Shown: positions 26,592-37,185 of the stretch, one piece after another | Layout: each line of letters begins with the position of its first letter | How positions within the stretch are numbered: position 1 is the stretch's first letter | DNA from: Takakia lepidozioides | Lineage: Eukaryota > Plantae > Bryophyta | Assembly (NCBI GenBank): GCA_030704615.1 | Contig: CM060731.1 | Location: 71,982,001 to 72,046,000, forward strand | Direction: 5' to 3' | DNA length: 64,000 bases | Program-made: the position numbers and the translations under genes | The notes under the pieces: generated by a model | Databases searched by the model: none | The model's input: the letters and a program-made list of their open reading frames with translations, nothing else | Told to the model about the DNA's origin: nothing

Positions 26592-26685
26592 ATCCTCCTG
26601 CTCTGAGGCAGAAGTGGTGGACTCCGACGCCGCACACTACAAGGAATCGCCGAAATAACCACTCAAAAAACAACTGGAAACCCAG

Positions 26686-26756
26686 TGTCGTGCGCATACG
26701 TTCTAGCTAGTTTCACACTGTGCTTATTTAACTTGACAGCTGTCGTGCGCATACGT
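26686..26756. repeat. 3' terminal A-B-A repeat block
   Basis: A=tgtcgtgcgcatacgt at 26686-26701 and 26741-26756; B=38 bp at 26701-26738. Confidence 0.92.
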
Positions 26757-27085
26757 ATCGTTACACAACTACATCACTGTCCAAACCACACCACACATAT
26801 ATGCACAATAAAGTAGTCTGCCACAATCGCCCCCCTAGCTGGTGGATAGGTCCCTCTAACTCCAGATAGCTACAAGATGTAATAGCCACAGCCGTACTAA
26901 GTCCTCTATCACTGTCCCTATCGTGCTCAAACTCTATCAACCAAGAGGCCGGGTACAAGAGTAGCCCCATCGTTAGTCGTCGTCTTGCAATCTGTGAACT
27001 TGAGCCAAGATCTCGTGTGTTCAAGGTCTCCTAGTAGCTTGGCCTTGCATTTCTTGTTAGCCTTCTATGGTTGTATCCACTCCCA

Positions 27086-29071
27086 TTATCCAATGCAATG
27101 TGGACATAACCAATCCCCATCCGGAACCATCTCAAGAGGTGGAGTCAAGCATCCCATATGCCAACCTCTAGAGCATCGATCACACACCAGCATGGTGGCT
27201 GCCCCTTTAGCAGACCCACACAACATGCACCTCAAACCTGCAGATATCACTGCCAGGTTTGGGTCAATCCTGCCATCGACATTCGGAAGGTGACATGGAG
27301 CACAATTACGCACATGGTCCTTCCAAGTTATGCCATCCCGACCCTCCAAGACCAAGACGCCTGAGGGCAAGACCTCTCGAACCCTCAAAATAACACGTCC
27401 TGCAGTCACATCCAGGGTCGTAGGAGCAGTCTGCTGCAGATAGACATAGTCACCAGGGTTGAATCTCCGAACCCCAAGACGATAGCCCCCACCACGTATG
27501 GTAGCATACCTCAACGTATCACGGTGTTGTGCAATGGCAAGGTTCTCGAAAGCCATGGGCATGACTCTCTTGAACAACTCTGCACACTGCTCACATGCAC
27601 GTGCCCACACGTCCGGATCGTCAAGGTTAAGAACTGTAGCAGCTTCTCTGCGAATGGATGTAGGCAAATCCGGCTCTCGGCCAAAGAGAAGAAAGTATGG
27701 TGAGAAGGAGGCAAGTGATGCTTGCTTGCTGAACCTGTAGCCCATGGCTAACCAGGGTAACTGAAGGTCCCAATCTCCTAGGTGTCCCTCCTGCAAGCCA
27801 TACTTGCGCAAACCCCTCTTTACTGTCTGAACAACTCTCTCTGCCAAGCCATCGGCCTCAGGATGATCCCGAGAAGTGGTGCGGTGGTCTATCAAGGCCT
27901 TGTCACACAAAGCCTGAAACTCCCCCAAGAACTCTCTCCCTTGGTCCGTGAGTACCTCAGCTGGAGCACCGAATCAGCTAAGCACACAATCCAAGAATGC
28001 ATACGCAGCTCCCTCACTAGCCTTATCAGGCAATGGAACCAACTCAATCCATTTGGAGAAGTGCTCCACCATCACCAACACGTACTTGTTGTGACGCATG
28101 GTTTGTGGCAACGGCCCTGCGAAGTCAAGACTCCACCTGTAGCCCAATCCCATGATCGGAAGAGGGTGCAATTGTGGAGTAGGGGCGTTGAATGAAGCAC
28201 GCACCCTGTCACACACCATGCACCTAGCCACAAATTGTTGCACCTCTGTGTGCATACCACGCCACCAATACTGCCCCTGCAGTAGGCTATAGGTGCATCG
28301 CACCCCAAAATGCCCCAACTCCTCGTGGGCATGCCGCACTAACCGTGCCCGCTGTGTTGGGTGAGGCACTATCCTCACTTGACCATCCTCCCACACTCGG
28401 AGCAGGTGTGTCCCCTCCCACTTGAACCTCTTGGCTCGTTGTAGGATCCGATCCCTCTCCTTGGCAGTCACAGTGGCTGCAGTGTCTCCAGTGCGGAGGT
28501 AGTCCAACACAACTGAATCCTCATGTATATCTTTGGCGCCACCTTGCTCATTGCTGGCCTCAGGGTCCTCAGACACTTGATCTACAGTCATCCCTGTTGC
28601 AGGTCCAACCTGGCCTTCCGCTGCCAAGATACACAGAAATGCAGATGCATGCCATCCGGGCACCATCTCCTCGTCCGTCTCACCATGCCACCGAGCTCCA
28701 GTGTCATCCTGCTGGCTCATGCATGGATTGCGACTCAACCCATCTGCATTGCGATTGACCAAACCCGGTCGATGCACCACCTGAAAGTCATACTCTTGAA
28801 GGATGAGTGCCCACCGTGCAAGCTTCCCCGTAAGCTTGTCTGACTCCATCAACCACTTGAGTGGTTGGTGATCCGTGACAAGGGTGAAGAGATTGCCGTA
28901 TAGATAGCACCTGAAGTGTGCCACGGCCCACACTGCAGCTAAGCATTCTCCCTCATATGAGCTATACTTAGACTCTGCAGCATTTTTCGAGCGGCTAGCA
29001 TAAGCCACTACGAACTCTCTTCCCTCATCATCCACCTGTGTGAGCACCACACAAGCCCCAGCATGCTCCAA
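27086..29071 (-). pseudogene. Gypsy RNase H + integrase (HHCC, DDE) with C-terminal PHD finger
   Basis: VVAYASR/YEGECLA/TDHQPL; HAHEELGH..CMVC; WSLDFAG, TDQGREF, ADGLAER; CMLC..CDRC..WHMGC..WLCPHC; one in-frame TGA at 27974. Confidence 0.93.
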
Positions 29072-29163
29072 TCTGTATGCAGCTGAAAAGGTCGTCTCAA
29101 GATGGGCGCCGAGGTCAACCTCGCCTTGAGCTCTTGAAAAGCTTGTTCTTGCTCATCTTCCCA

Positions 29164-30045
29164 CTACCACTCCTGGTCTACCTTGGTCAGCTTGGTTAGA
29201 GCCTTTGCAATGGCACTAAATCCCTTAACAAACCGTCTGTAATAGTTTGCTAACCCCATGAAAGCTCGAACTCGGCTCACATCCGTGGGGCGTGGAACCT
29301 GTGCAATGGACTCTACCTTAGTCTGCTGTACCCCCAATCCTCCAGGATATATCATGTGACCCAGATACTCAATCTGGTTGTGGAAAAACTTGCACTTGCC
29401 CGGATGCAACTTCAATCCGTGCGTCCTTAAGCTCTCAAATACCCCCTGAAGGTGTCTCTCATGCTCCTCCACCGTAGCACTAAAGATGATGATGTCATCT
29501 ATGTAGCACCGAGCAAACTCCACCCCTGCTAGAATCCTGTCCATGACTCTTTGAAACTCAGCGGGAGCGTTTTTAAGTCCAAATGGTAAGAACCGCCACT
29601 GGTATAGGCAATCCTTCCCGTGCTCATTGATCCCCCAGAATGCCGTCTTTTGCTTATCCGCCTCCTTGATCGGCAACTGGTGATATCCGGATCGTAAATC
29701 CAACGTGCTAAAGACCTTGGAATGCCCAATGGCATCAAATATCTCCTCTGGTGTCGGCATGGCATACCTATCGGACTTGGTCTGACGATTTACAGGCCGG
29801 TAATCACCGCACATACGTCTCTCCGTCCAATTGCCATAGACATCTTTCTTGGCTGGCATCACTGTGGCTGAAGCATACTCTCCACCATAGAGCTCCACCA
29901 AACCTGCCTCCCAGAGATCTTGAGTCCTCATCTGAATCAAAGACCTCTCCATGTCACTGTATCTATAGGGTCTCCGAAAGATTGGCGTGTCAGTGGCCAA
30001 CTCAATACGGATCTCTTGACCCTTCAGTGCTCCCAAGTCCTTCAA
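29164..30045 (-). CDS. Gypsy reverse transcriptase
   Basis: RRMCGDYRPVN, FSTLDLRSGYHQ, LPFGLKNAP, CYIDD, KCKF..YLGH. Confidence 0.95.
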   Translation of the reverse strand: MKDLGALKGQEIRIELATDTPIFRRPYRYSDMERSLIQMRTQDLWEAGLVELYGGEYASATVMPAKKDVYGNWTERRMCGDYRPVNRQTKSDRYAMPTPEEIFDAIGHSKVFSTLDLRSGYHQLPIKEADKQKTAFWGINEHGKDCLYQWRFLPFGLKNAPAEFQRVMDRILAGVEFARCYIDDIIIFSATVEEHERHLQGVFESLRTHGLKLHPGKCKFFHNQIEYLGHMIYPGGLGVQQTKVESIAQVPRPTDVSRVRAFMGLANYYRRFVKGFSAIAKALTKLTKVDQEW

Positions 30046-30204
30046 ACTGAAGGCAAAGCAATTCCTGTAAGCCCTCAGGAACCGCCGTATACGTCGTCTC
30101 TCTCCTCCGGTGACAATGGGTCCAATGTCAGGCTCCCAATTGTCCTCCGTAACTGCAACCTTAAGTCCAGTGGGCTTAGAGGTAGAGGACGCGTCCCATG
30201 GTTG

Positions 30205-31581
30205 CTATGCTGCAACCTCTTGAGCAGTACTCCCTTCCTGCTCAGTCAATGACAAGGCCTCATCCTGCCCCATCATCTCATCATTGAGAACCTCCTCATC
30301 CCGAGAAGAATCCCCAACCTCATCCATCACAGCTGCCTTGGCTGCCAACTCCCTCTGAACCTCGAGCACCTCCCACGTGTGCCATGGATGTCTACACCTC
30401 GTGGTCCTCACCGGCTCGCCCCCACTCGCTGCCTGTACCATCTCGGTAGGCAGAGAGACCGTCAAGGGAAGTGCACTCCGCACTCTACGTTGCTCAGCCA
30501 TAGCCAAGCTGATAATCCAGGTCAAGCAATTGAGATCCATTGCTTGCCCCAACACCTGACGACGTGATGCCTCAGAAAGAGAAGGCACCGTCGTGGTCCC
30601 AGTGGAAAATCCCATAGCCCGCTCTCGCTCGTCGGCAATAGGCTCCACTAACTGTTGCAACTGGCTATCCCACAAGAGGCCAGGTCCACCATCCCGAAAA
30701 GCATGGGATCCTGGGAAGCTGAGCAGTGTAGGTAATGCTGCTCGTGGTTGACCCACCCTGTTGACCACTGCCAAAGGCGAACGGTCATCATGTCTCACAC
30801 GTTGAGACTGCCTCCCTGTGTCCAAAATGCCATCCACGGTGAGGTGTGCTGGCCGCTGCACTCCATCAAATGCACGCTTGAGCAGTGCGGGTGGCATCAA
30901 GTTAGTCCACCAAAGCCGTGGACGATGAGCCCGTGATCCCACTGCAGCTGCATCCAGCAGCACTGCTGACCCAAGCCACGACCGGACTTGATGCACACTG
31001 GCCATCACCCTGGCCCGAGAATCACCCATCAGTGGCACATTCTCCAAGATGTATGCTGGAGATACAGCTTGATGAAGCTGCAAGTGGCGCAAAACCCGCA
31101 CCATCTCCCAAAACAGACCCGTCATCGAGTCTCGCAATCCATTGCCATGCCCGGCTGATGAATGCCCTTGGCAGGGCCATCCTGCCACTATCAGATCAAT
31201 GGAGCCAACCTGCTCCAAATCTTGCGCCCCCAACAAGGAAATGTCTGCTGGCAAGGCTTGTTGGTATCCACGAACTGCAGACACAGGCAACAAGTCAGGG
31301 TACTGCTGTACCAACTGAGCCACATGGCGCAGTGAGACGCGTCGTGCAGTCTCATCCCTCTCCACATACAGGTAACGCCTTACCCGCACACCTGCCTGTA
31401 GCACAGCAGCCAATCCGGTGCTGATCCCGCCAAAAAAGTCTAGAAGGCAAATGCCTTCATCCATATACTGCCACACAATAGGTGTGGTATCCAATGGTGA
31501 CAACTGAGGTGGTCCTGGTGCAATACCCGCACTCTTTTCCTCTCCTGACGGTACAAAAGCCTCTACCCAGGCTTGTTGCAC
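30205..31581 (-). CDS. C5-cytosine DNA methyltransferase domain (DNMT3-like), in frame within pol
   Basis: Motif I LLDFFGGISTG, II YVERDE, IV AGWPCQGHS, VI YILENV, VIII SRAHRPRLWWTN, IX ERERAMGF, X RRQVLGQAM. Confidence 0.92.
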   Translation of the reverse strand: MQQAWVEAFVPSGEEKSAGIAPGPPQLSPLDTTPIVWQYMDEGICLLDFFGGISTGLAAVLQAGVRVRRYLYVERDETARRVSLRHVAQLVQQYPDLLPVSAVRGYQQALPADISLLGAQDLEQVGSIDLIVAGWPCQGHSSAGHGNGLRDSMTGLFWEMVRVLRHLQLHQAVSPAYILENVPLMGDSRARVMASVHQVRSWLGSAVLLDAAAVGSRAHRPRLWWTNLMPPALLKRAFDGVQRPAHLTVDGILDTGRQSQRVRHDDRSPLAVVNRVGQPRAALPTLLSFPGSHAFRDGGPGLLWDSQLQQLVEPIADERERAMGFSTGTTTVPSLSEASRRQVLGQAMDLNCLTWIISLAMAEQRRVRSALPLTVSLPTEMVQAASGGEPVRTTRCRHPWHTWEVLEVQRELAAKAAVMDEVGDSSRDEEVLNDEMMGQDEALSLTEQEGSTAQEVAA

Positions 31582-31599
31582 CCGTCGATCAGCAACCTG

Positions 31600-32958
31600 C
31601 TACAAATCCTTGCTCGTACCCCACAATGGAGTGTGAGCAACCATGGTAGGCAACTCCACCATACCATGCATGTCATTCTGCTCTGCTGGAGGTGGCACAT
31701 CCTCTGCATGGGCATTGCCTTCCAGCAACTCTCCAGACCAACTAACTGTAGCTGTAAAGGCGGCTAGTGTTGGCATCTTGCCCCGTTGGGCAGCCGCAAT
31801 ACCCCCAATGAATGTCACAGGGAGCTGTGCACGACGACCATCCTCTGACTGCCATCCAGGCCTGTAGAATGCTGACTCCTCCCAAAAGTCCAGGGTGAAG
31901 CCCATGGGGTATAACACTGCCCTACCAACGAGGACATCGTAAGAGACCGCGTCTGTCACAATGGCCTTGGCTTGCATCACTGAGCCATCTATAGGGTGAT
32001 CCGGCTGCAGTCTAATGGCCAACTGATGCCGTGTCATGCCCCGAGCCTGCTGTGATCCTCCCAGAGATGTCTGTATCTGGAAAGGACAAGGCTCCATATC
32101 CGCCTCCATGAGGCCCAAACCTACAATAGCAGCCCTGCCCAACATCAATGGCTGAGCTCTCGAGTCCAACAAGACCCGCAGTGGCCGGTACTTCTTGCCT
32201 GCCGGTCCACTCAAAGAGAAAATGCCATCCTGGTTGTCTAACAAGACAACTCCAGGTGTCACCATGGCGCGCTCAAAGACTGGCCTAGCTGGCAGCTCCG
32301 TCAACCTGACAGCTGCAGCTTGCCAGGGCGCAGCCGTGGCAGTCTTGACCCTCAAATCCGAGGATCCCTCTACCACTACACCTTCCACTAACTCCGCAGA
32401 AGATGAAGTGACCTCCCCACTCTCACAGAGTGTTGCTGCTAGTCTGAACACTGCAGCTGGCCTTACCCCCGGCGTCGCAATCATGGTTGCCGAGAACAGT
32501 GGGGCTTGACACACAGAGGTGGCTGCCCCCAATAACACACCGGCTGCACTAGCCTTGATAGCAGGTGTCAGTGCTGCACGTGTAGCTCTCCCCAATGGCA
32601 TAGTAACCTCCGCCTCGGTAACAGTCGGGCGAGAACTAGGTGCCATGGATGGCGTCGACACAGTCTCCGCCAATGTGAATGACTGAGGAAGCCTCGCCTG
32701 ACGGCTTGCCTCCCCACGTTGTGGATCCAACTCCACCTCTGCACCTCGTGGCTCAGGAACTCGTGCTGCTCCTCGAGTCACGGCTGCAACAGACTCCACC
32801 TGCTCTAGTGGTAGTGCTGCTCCGCACATAAAGCCCATGCCTCCCATATTTCTATCCTCAGGAGCAGGGGGTGGACCATCCCGCTTGGGAGCCGGTACCG
32901 CCTGAGCTATAGCCATGGCAGCGAGCCTTTGCTCTAGCTGCTGAAGCCGATTGGCCAT
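31600..32958 (-). CDS. Gag-pol linker and aspartic protease
   Basis: RVLLDSRAQ (DSG mutated to DSR) and YDVLVG motifs. Confidence 0.75.
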   Translation of the reverse strand: MANRLQQLEQRLAAMAIAQAVPAPKRDGPPPAPEDRNMGGMGFMCGAALPLEQVESVAAVTRGAARVPEPRGAEVELDPQRGEASRQARLPQSFTLAETVSTPSMAPSSRPTVTEAEVTMPLGRATRAALTPAIKASAAGVLLGAATSVCQAPLFSATMIATPGVRPAAVFRLAATLCESGEVTSSSAELVEGVVVEGSSDLRVKTATAAPWQAAAVRLTELPARPVFERAMVTPGVVLLDNQDGIFSLSGPAGKKYRPLRVLLDSRAQPLMLGRAAIVGLGLMEADMEPCPFQIQTSLGGSQQARGMTRHQLAIRLQPDHPIDGSVMQAKAIVTDAVSYDVLVGRAVLYPMGFTLDFWEESAFYRPGWQSEDGRRAQLPVTFIGGIAAAQRGKMPTLAAFTATVSWSGELLEGNAHAEDVPPPAEQNDMHGMVELPTMVAHTPLWGTSKDL

Positions 32959-33036
32959 GCCTTGGTCAACACCCTGACCTCCGCGTCCTTGGCCATGTTG
33001 AGCTTGCCCTTGGCCTGCACCTCGTGCCCGACCACC

Positions 33037-34407
33037 TCATCCTCTCTGGGCAGGTCCACCTCGCCCCCGGCCACCATTGTTCCCTTGGAACTGGCCTGGG
33101 GGCAACTCAGGGTGCAAGTCATAACACTGAGCATCTCCATGTCCATACTTGCCACAATGCCCACACTGCAACTGTGCAGGCTGTGCTTGTGCCGGCCTTC
33201 TGCCATTCTCTGGGCAATCTTTCTTGACATGGGGTCCTCCACATGTCCAACATACCACCCCTGGTTGCAGTTGGCCTGCAAAAGATGCCACGGGCCTCTG
33301 CACCTGAGGTCCCCTGTAAACTCCATGGAACTTGGGTTGGGAAACCTTGCCCCCCTGACCACGCCGCTGGGCAGTACCTTGTGCCTGTGGGCTGGCAGCT
33401 GCGCCTCGTGTAGGCATGTCCTCGCCAAATCCAATGGTGACAACTCGCTCCTCCACCATGTTGAGCTCAATCCACTCAGCCAGCAGAAACACATCTGCTA
33501 ATGTGGGTTGGGCTGCTTGTAACAGGGTTGCATCCCGCACCCTTCTCCTGAGCTCCTTGTCCAAAATGCCATACCAGAACTGGATTGCCCGAGCTTCAGT
33601 AACCCCTTGGGTCATAGTTATCAAGCGCCTCATACGAGTGTACGCCTCTCACAGGCTCTCATTGGGTTTGCGCTGGAAGTCTTGCAAACTTCGCAGCTTC
33701 TCTGTCCGTACACCTTGGTAGTTCCTCCGCAACTCCTGGAAGAACTCCACCACCGGGTTGAATCTAGGCACATGTGTTGTTGTCGTGGCAGGAGGAGTAG
33801 TAGCACCTTTTGAACTGGTACCACCTGCAGAAGTACCGGCACTACTTGTTCCACTACTAGTGCTGGCAGTGGGAGATATTGGTACTAATGTCGCTACTGG
33901 TCGTGTTGTTCCTCGAGTAATGGAGACGTAGTCAGGTGACCAATACATCCTCCACTCTTCAATTTCTGCTTCATGTCCTCGCCTGAACTCGTGGTAATCG
34001 TCCGTAGGCGGGCCCTCCAAATGCTGGAACAGTCCCTTCCACGCCATGAATTGGGTGAATAGCTGTGGATTGCGCATCTGCTGCAAATCACACCAGCTCT
34101 CAAACTCCTGGATAAAATCATCCAACTCGATTGTGCCCACAGCTCCAGAGTACCTACGAGGCCCCTTGGTAGCTCCATACATCTCCTCCATGTCGTCCCA
34201 CAACAATGGCGAATGAAACGGCACACCTGTTGATGAAGCCTCCGAGTCTGTGTCTGACTTTGCACTAGTTGAGGGTGGAGGTGAAGGTGGTCTGAAACGA
34301 ACACCTCGTCTGGTGAACCCACTCTCACTGCTACTGCCTGTAGCCGTACTCCCCTCAGAACCCCTGGGTAACTCCGTGATGACACTCACAATGTGCACCT
34401 CCCCCAC
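33037..34407 (-). pseudogene. Gag with two CCHC zinc knuckles
   Basis: FQRKPNESL*EAYTRMRRL; CWTCGGPHVKKDC and CGHCGKYGHGDAQC; in-frame stop at 33649. Confidence 0.85.
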
Positions 34408-34925
34408 GTGACATTATAAGGCTCTATTACTAATTCTAATAGTGACACGGGTAGGCACCTGTTGCAGTTTAAGGGTCATATCCCAGTGGCTCAGGGCACC
34501 TACACCTGCATCCACCGCAAGAACTCATGTGGTTGGCTGGTCATCAACCCAGTCTCACCACAGAAGAAACACTGGTGGTCTTGCTGGTCATCACTCCAGC
34601 CTCACCACCGACAGCATACTCTAGGATTGACCGGTGATCAAATCCGGCCTAATCCCTATGAAAGCAAGCGCCCACACAAAACCACATGGCGCACAGTCAA
34701 GCATGCAAGTGTTGGGGGGGATCCAAACACAAGAAATCAAAACATCAACACCCCCACACCAAAATCCATCTGCAGTGCTGACTTGCAGAATATCCCAGCC
34801 CAAAACCCCGGACTGACTGGCCTCCACCAAGAGAGGCTTTGGCAACTACAAGTACAAGGTAATGAAACTAGTACAGAGATGGAGGGGAAGAATAGAAGCC
34901 CGACCAAGCAAGATCTAATCCTGAT

Positions 34926-35675
34926 CTATGCTATCAACTGCCAGACTTCTCTCAAACTGCCTCGCTCTACATGATGGTAAGGTGTAGGAGGTATATCTAT
35001 GTCCAGAAACTTGCCACTAACCTTGTCCCAAGCTACAGTAGCTCGCTCTAACCAACCCTCCTCCTCTTTCTGCCAGGTAGAGACAAAGCAATACTCCCCT
35101 ATCTCCCGCTCACTGAACACTAAAGAAAACAAAGGTAGGGTCTGATAGTCTCTCAACTCGAAAGCTTTGAGACGGTTGCGGGTGTCCTCATTGCGAATGA
35201 CTGCATCTCCTTCACGCACAACAAACATGTCATTGCTAATGAACCCCCGCTCGTGGTTGCCCTGTGTAGAGCGTATCCGGCTGCAACCATGTCTGATTGC
35301 ACAAACTTGTGTAGCTCCTGCTCCTCTGCTCCAGTACACCACGGCCTTGTGGCTGAACACCTTGGTCCCCAGGGCTGTCTTTGGCTGTGTTCCAAGCCTA
35401 GCTTTCACCCACTTTGGTATTTCACCTACAGCTGCAGAACTGCTGGCTCCAACAGAGTTCTGACTGTCCAAGGCGATATTGAGGCCCTCAATGCCAACTA
35501 CAGCAGTCTGTTGTCTACTGCTAATGCCTGACTCCCAGTATGCAATCAACTCGTCCAATTGTTCTCCACTCAAATCAGTCTGAGTTCCTTGGGAAACATA
35601 AATCTTGTCCCCTTGTGTGCACAGGCTAAGAGAAGAGACCTGGCCTTCAATTACGTCCTCATTTCCCCCAGCCAT
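34926..35675 (-). CDS. Accessory ORF of the retroelement, unknown function (249 aa)
   Basis: ATG-initiated, uninterrupted ORF upstream of gag on the same strand, inside the TSD-bounded element. Confidence 0.55.
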   Translation of the reverse strand: MAGGNEDVIEGQVSSLSLCTQGDKIYVSQGTQTDLSGEQLDELIAYWESGISSRQQTAVVGIEGLNIALDSQNSVGASSSAAVGEIPKWVKARLGTQPKTALGTKVFSHKAVVYWSRGAGATQVCAIRHGCSRIRSTQGNHERGFISNDMFVVREGDAVIRNEDTRNRLKAFELRDYQTLPLFSLVFSEREIGEYCFVSTWQKEEEGWLERATVAWDKVSGKFLDIDIPPTPYHHVERGSLREVWQLIA

Positions 35676-35926
35676 ACAAGGAGTACATCCCCAGATTTAT
35701 CTCTCATGTAGACCAGAACAGGTTCTAGAAACAGAATTGTGGATCTTTCATAGCACACTCACACTCTAAAAAATCCATAGATTTCTAGCAGAGTCCCAAA
35801 AACAAAAACCAGGTCTACATAGGTAGATATTCCCTTTCTGCAGCTATCCCCCCAAAAACTGAGTCAAACGGAGCTCATTTGACAAAGATATGGCCAACCA
35901 GGCTCTAAATCATTTAAATTAGATCA

Positions 35927-35964
<38 letters not shown>

Positions 35965-36137
35965 CCAAAATGTTCTCGCCATTAAAAACCGTTCCCAGGT
36001 TTCATTTGTAGTTACAGGTGCACCACCACAGGCTTGTCGCTCTAGCTCGCAGGTCTTGCACAGATCTTTGCACACAGCGCCCGTCTCTGAAGCTTCGCCT
36101 ACAGTTTGTGCAGATTTTGATACGGTTTGCTTCAATA

Positions 36138-36604
36138 ATGGCTGCCTGTGCTGCATCTTCCTGGGTGGCCACTGGCATTCCCACTCTGTCCGGAAGCAAG
36201 AAGGTTGCAAGAGTGGCCTCCGTCCATGCCAGCTTCCCCGGCCTGCGATCTGGCAACCGACTGGATTCCCTGGCAATGAGCAACTGGTCGTTTTCGAGCC
36301 AACTAGAATCGCCAAGTCCTCGGCGAAGACCACATGCAATGCAGCGGTTGTGATCTCCTTGAGCACCGGAGCTCTTTTGTTTCTGGGACGATTTGTGTTC
36401 CTCCCCTTCCAGAGAGACAATGTTGCAAGGCAAGGACTCCCTGTACAAAATGGCGTTACTCACTTCGAGGCCGGTGATATCCGGGCACAGGAGGTCGTTG
36501 GCTTTTTGAAGATGAATGACCCTGCTGGTTTAACCCTCGTCGATGTGCTTGCTTGGGGAGCTCTGGGTCATGCCATTGGTTTCGCCATCCTGGCCATTGG
36601 TTGA
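36138..36604 (+). pseudogene. PsaG: Photosystem I subunit G pseudogene (frameshifted, 3'-truncated)
   Basis: Transit peptide MAACAASSW..; then, in another frame, [60 protein letters not shown]. Confidence 0.88.
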
Positions 36605-36623
36605 GAGAGAGCAGGCAGGAGCC

Positions 36624-36818
36624 ATGAGTTTTTGGTTTCACTAGTACCAGGTGGTGGGGCGAGCACTGCCTACCCCAACCGATGAGCAGCCGAAGGCGTA
36701 CCGCATGACGTTGTGGGCGACCAACGAAGTGCGGGCAAAGTCCAAGTTTTGGTACTTCCTCAGGAAGTTGAAGAAGGTGAAGAGGTCACACGGGCAGATT
36801 CTTGCCATCAATGAGATC
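36624..36818 (+). pseudogene. RPL18A: 60S ribosomal protein L18a (eL20) 5' fragment
   Basis: [52 protein letters not shown]. Confidence 0.9.
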
Positions 36819-36911
36819 TCCGTCTCTCCGTGTCTCTCTCCATCCGTCAGCGACAGCAGAGATTTGTTGCCGATGCAGGAAAGAACTTGGGTGTGAGGAA
36901 AGCAGAGCAAA

Positions 36912-37185
36912 ATGCCGCACTCGAGGCTATCAGCGAGAGTTCACTCTCCCACTATAGATGTGCTGGTGGACTTGGGCCATCCTTTTCTGAACTACACTTT
37001 GGACGGCTTCATCAAGATTGGAGGGGTGGAAGCTGCTCATGGAACATTGCTAGAGGCCTTCTCAATGTTGAAGAACGAAAGGGTGACAAAGCGTGATCAC
37101 TTTTAATCACGACAAGATGATTCGCACGGCAATCACTGGTGGCGCCATAGCCACTGCTTCAGAGTTGATTCGGTACCTCACCTAG
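36912..37185 (+). pseudogene. OEP16: OEP16 (plastid outer envelope pore, Tim17 family), internally deleted
   Basis: SPTIDVLVDLGHPFLNYTLDGFIKIG joined directly to C-terminal AITGGAIATASELIRYLT*. Confidence 0.8.

Noticed and set aside
26741-26825. Possible conventional 85-bp 3' LTR after the PPT
   Set aside because: No matching copy at the other end of the element; only the 38-bp B repeat is shared
30205-31581. Bacterial restriction-modification methylase or contamination
   Set aside because: In frame within a Gypsy pol and surrounded by intron-containing plant genes
36002-36463. Cys-rich minus-strand ORFs
   Set aside because: Antisense of the PsaG pseudogene
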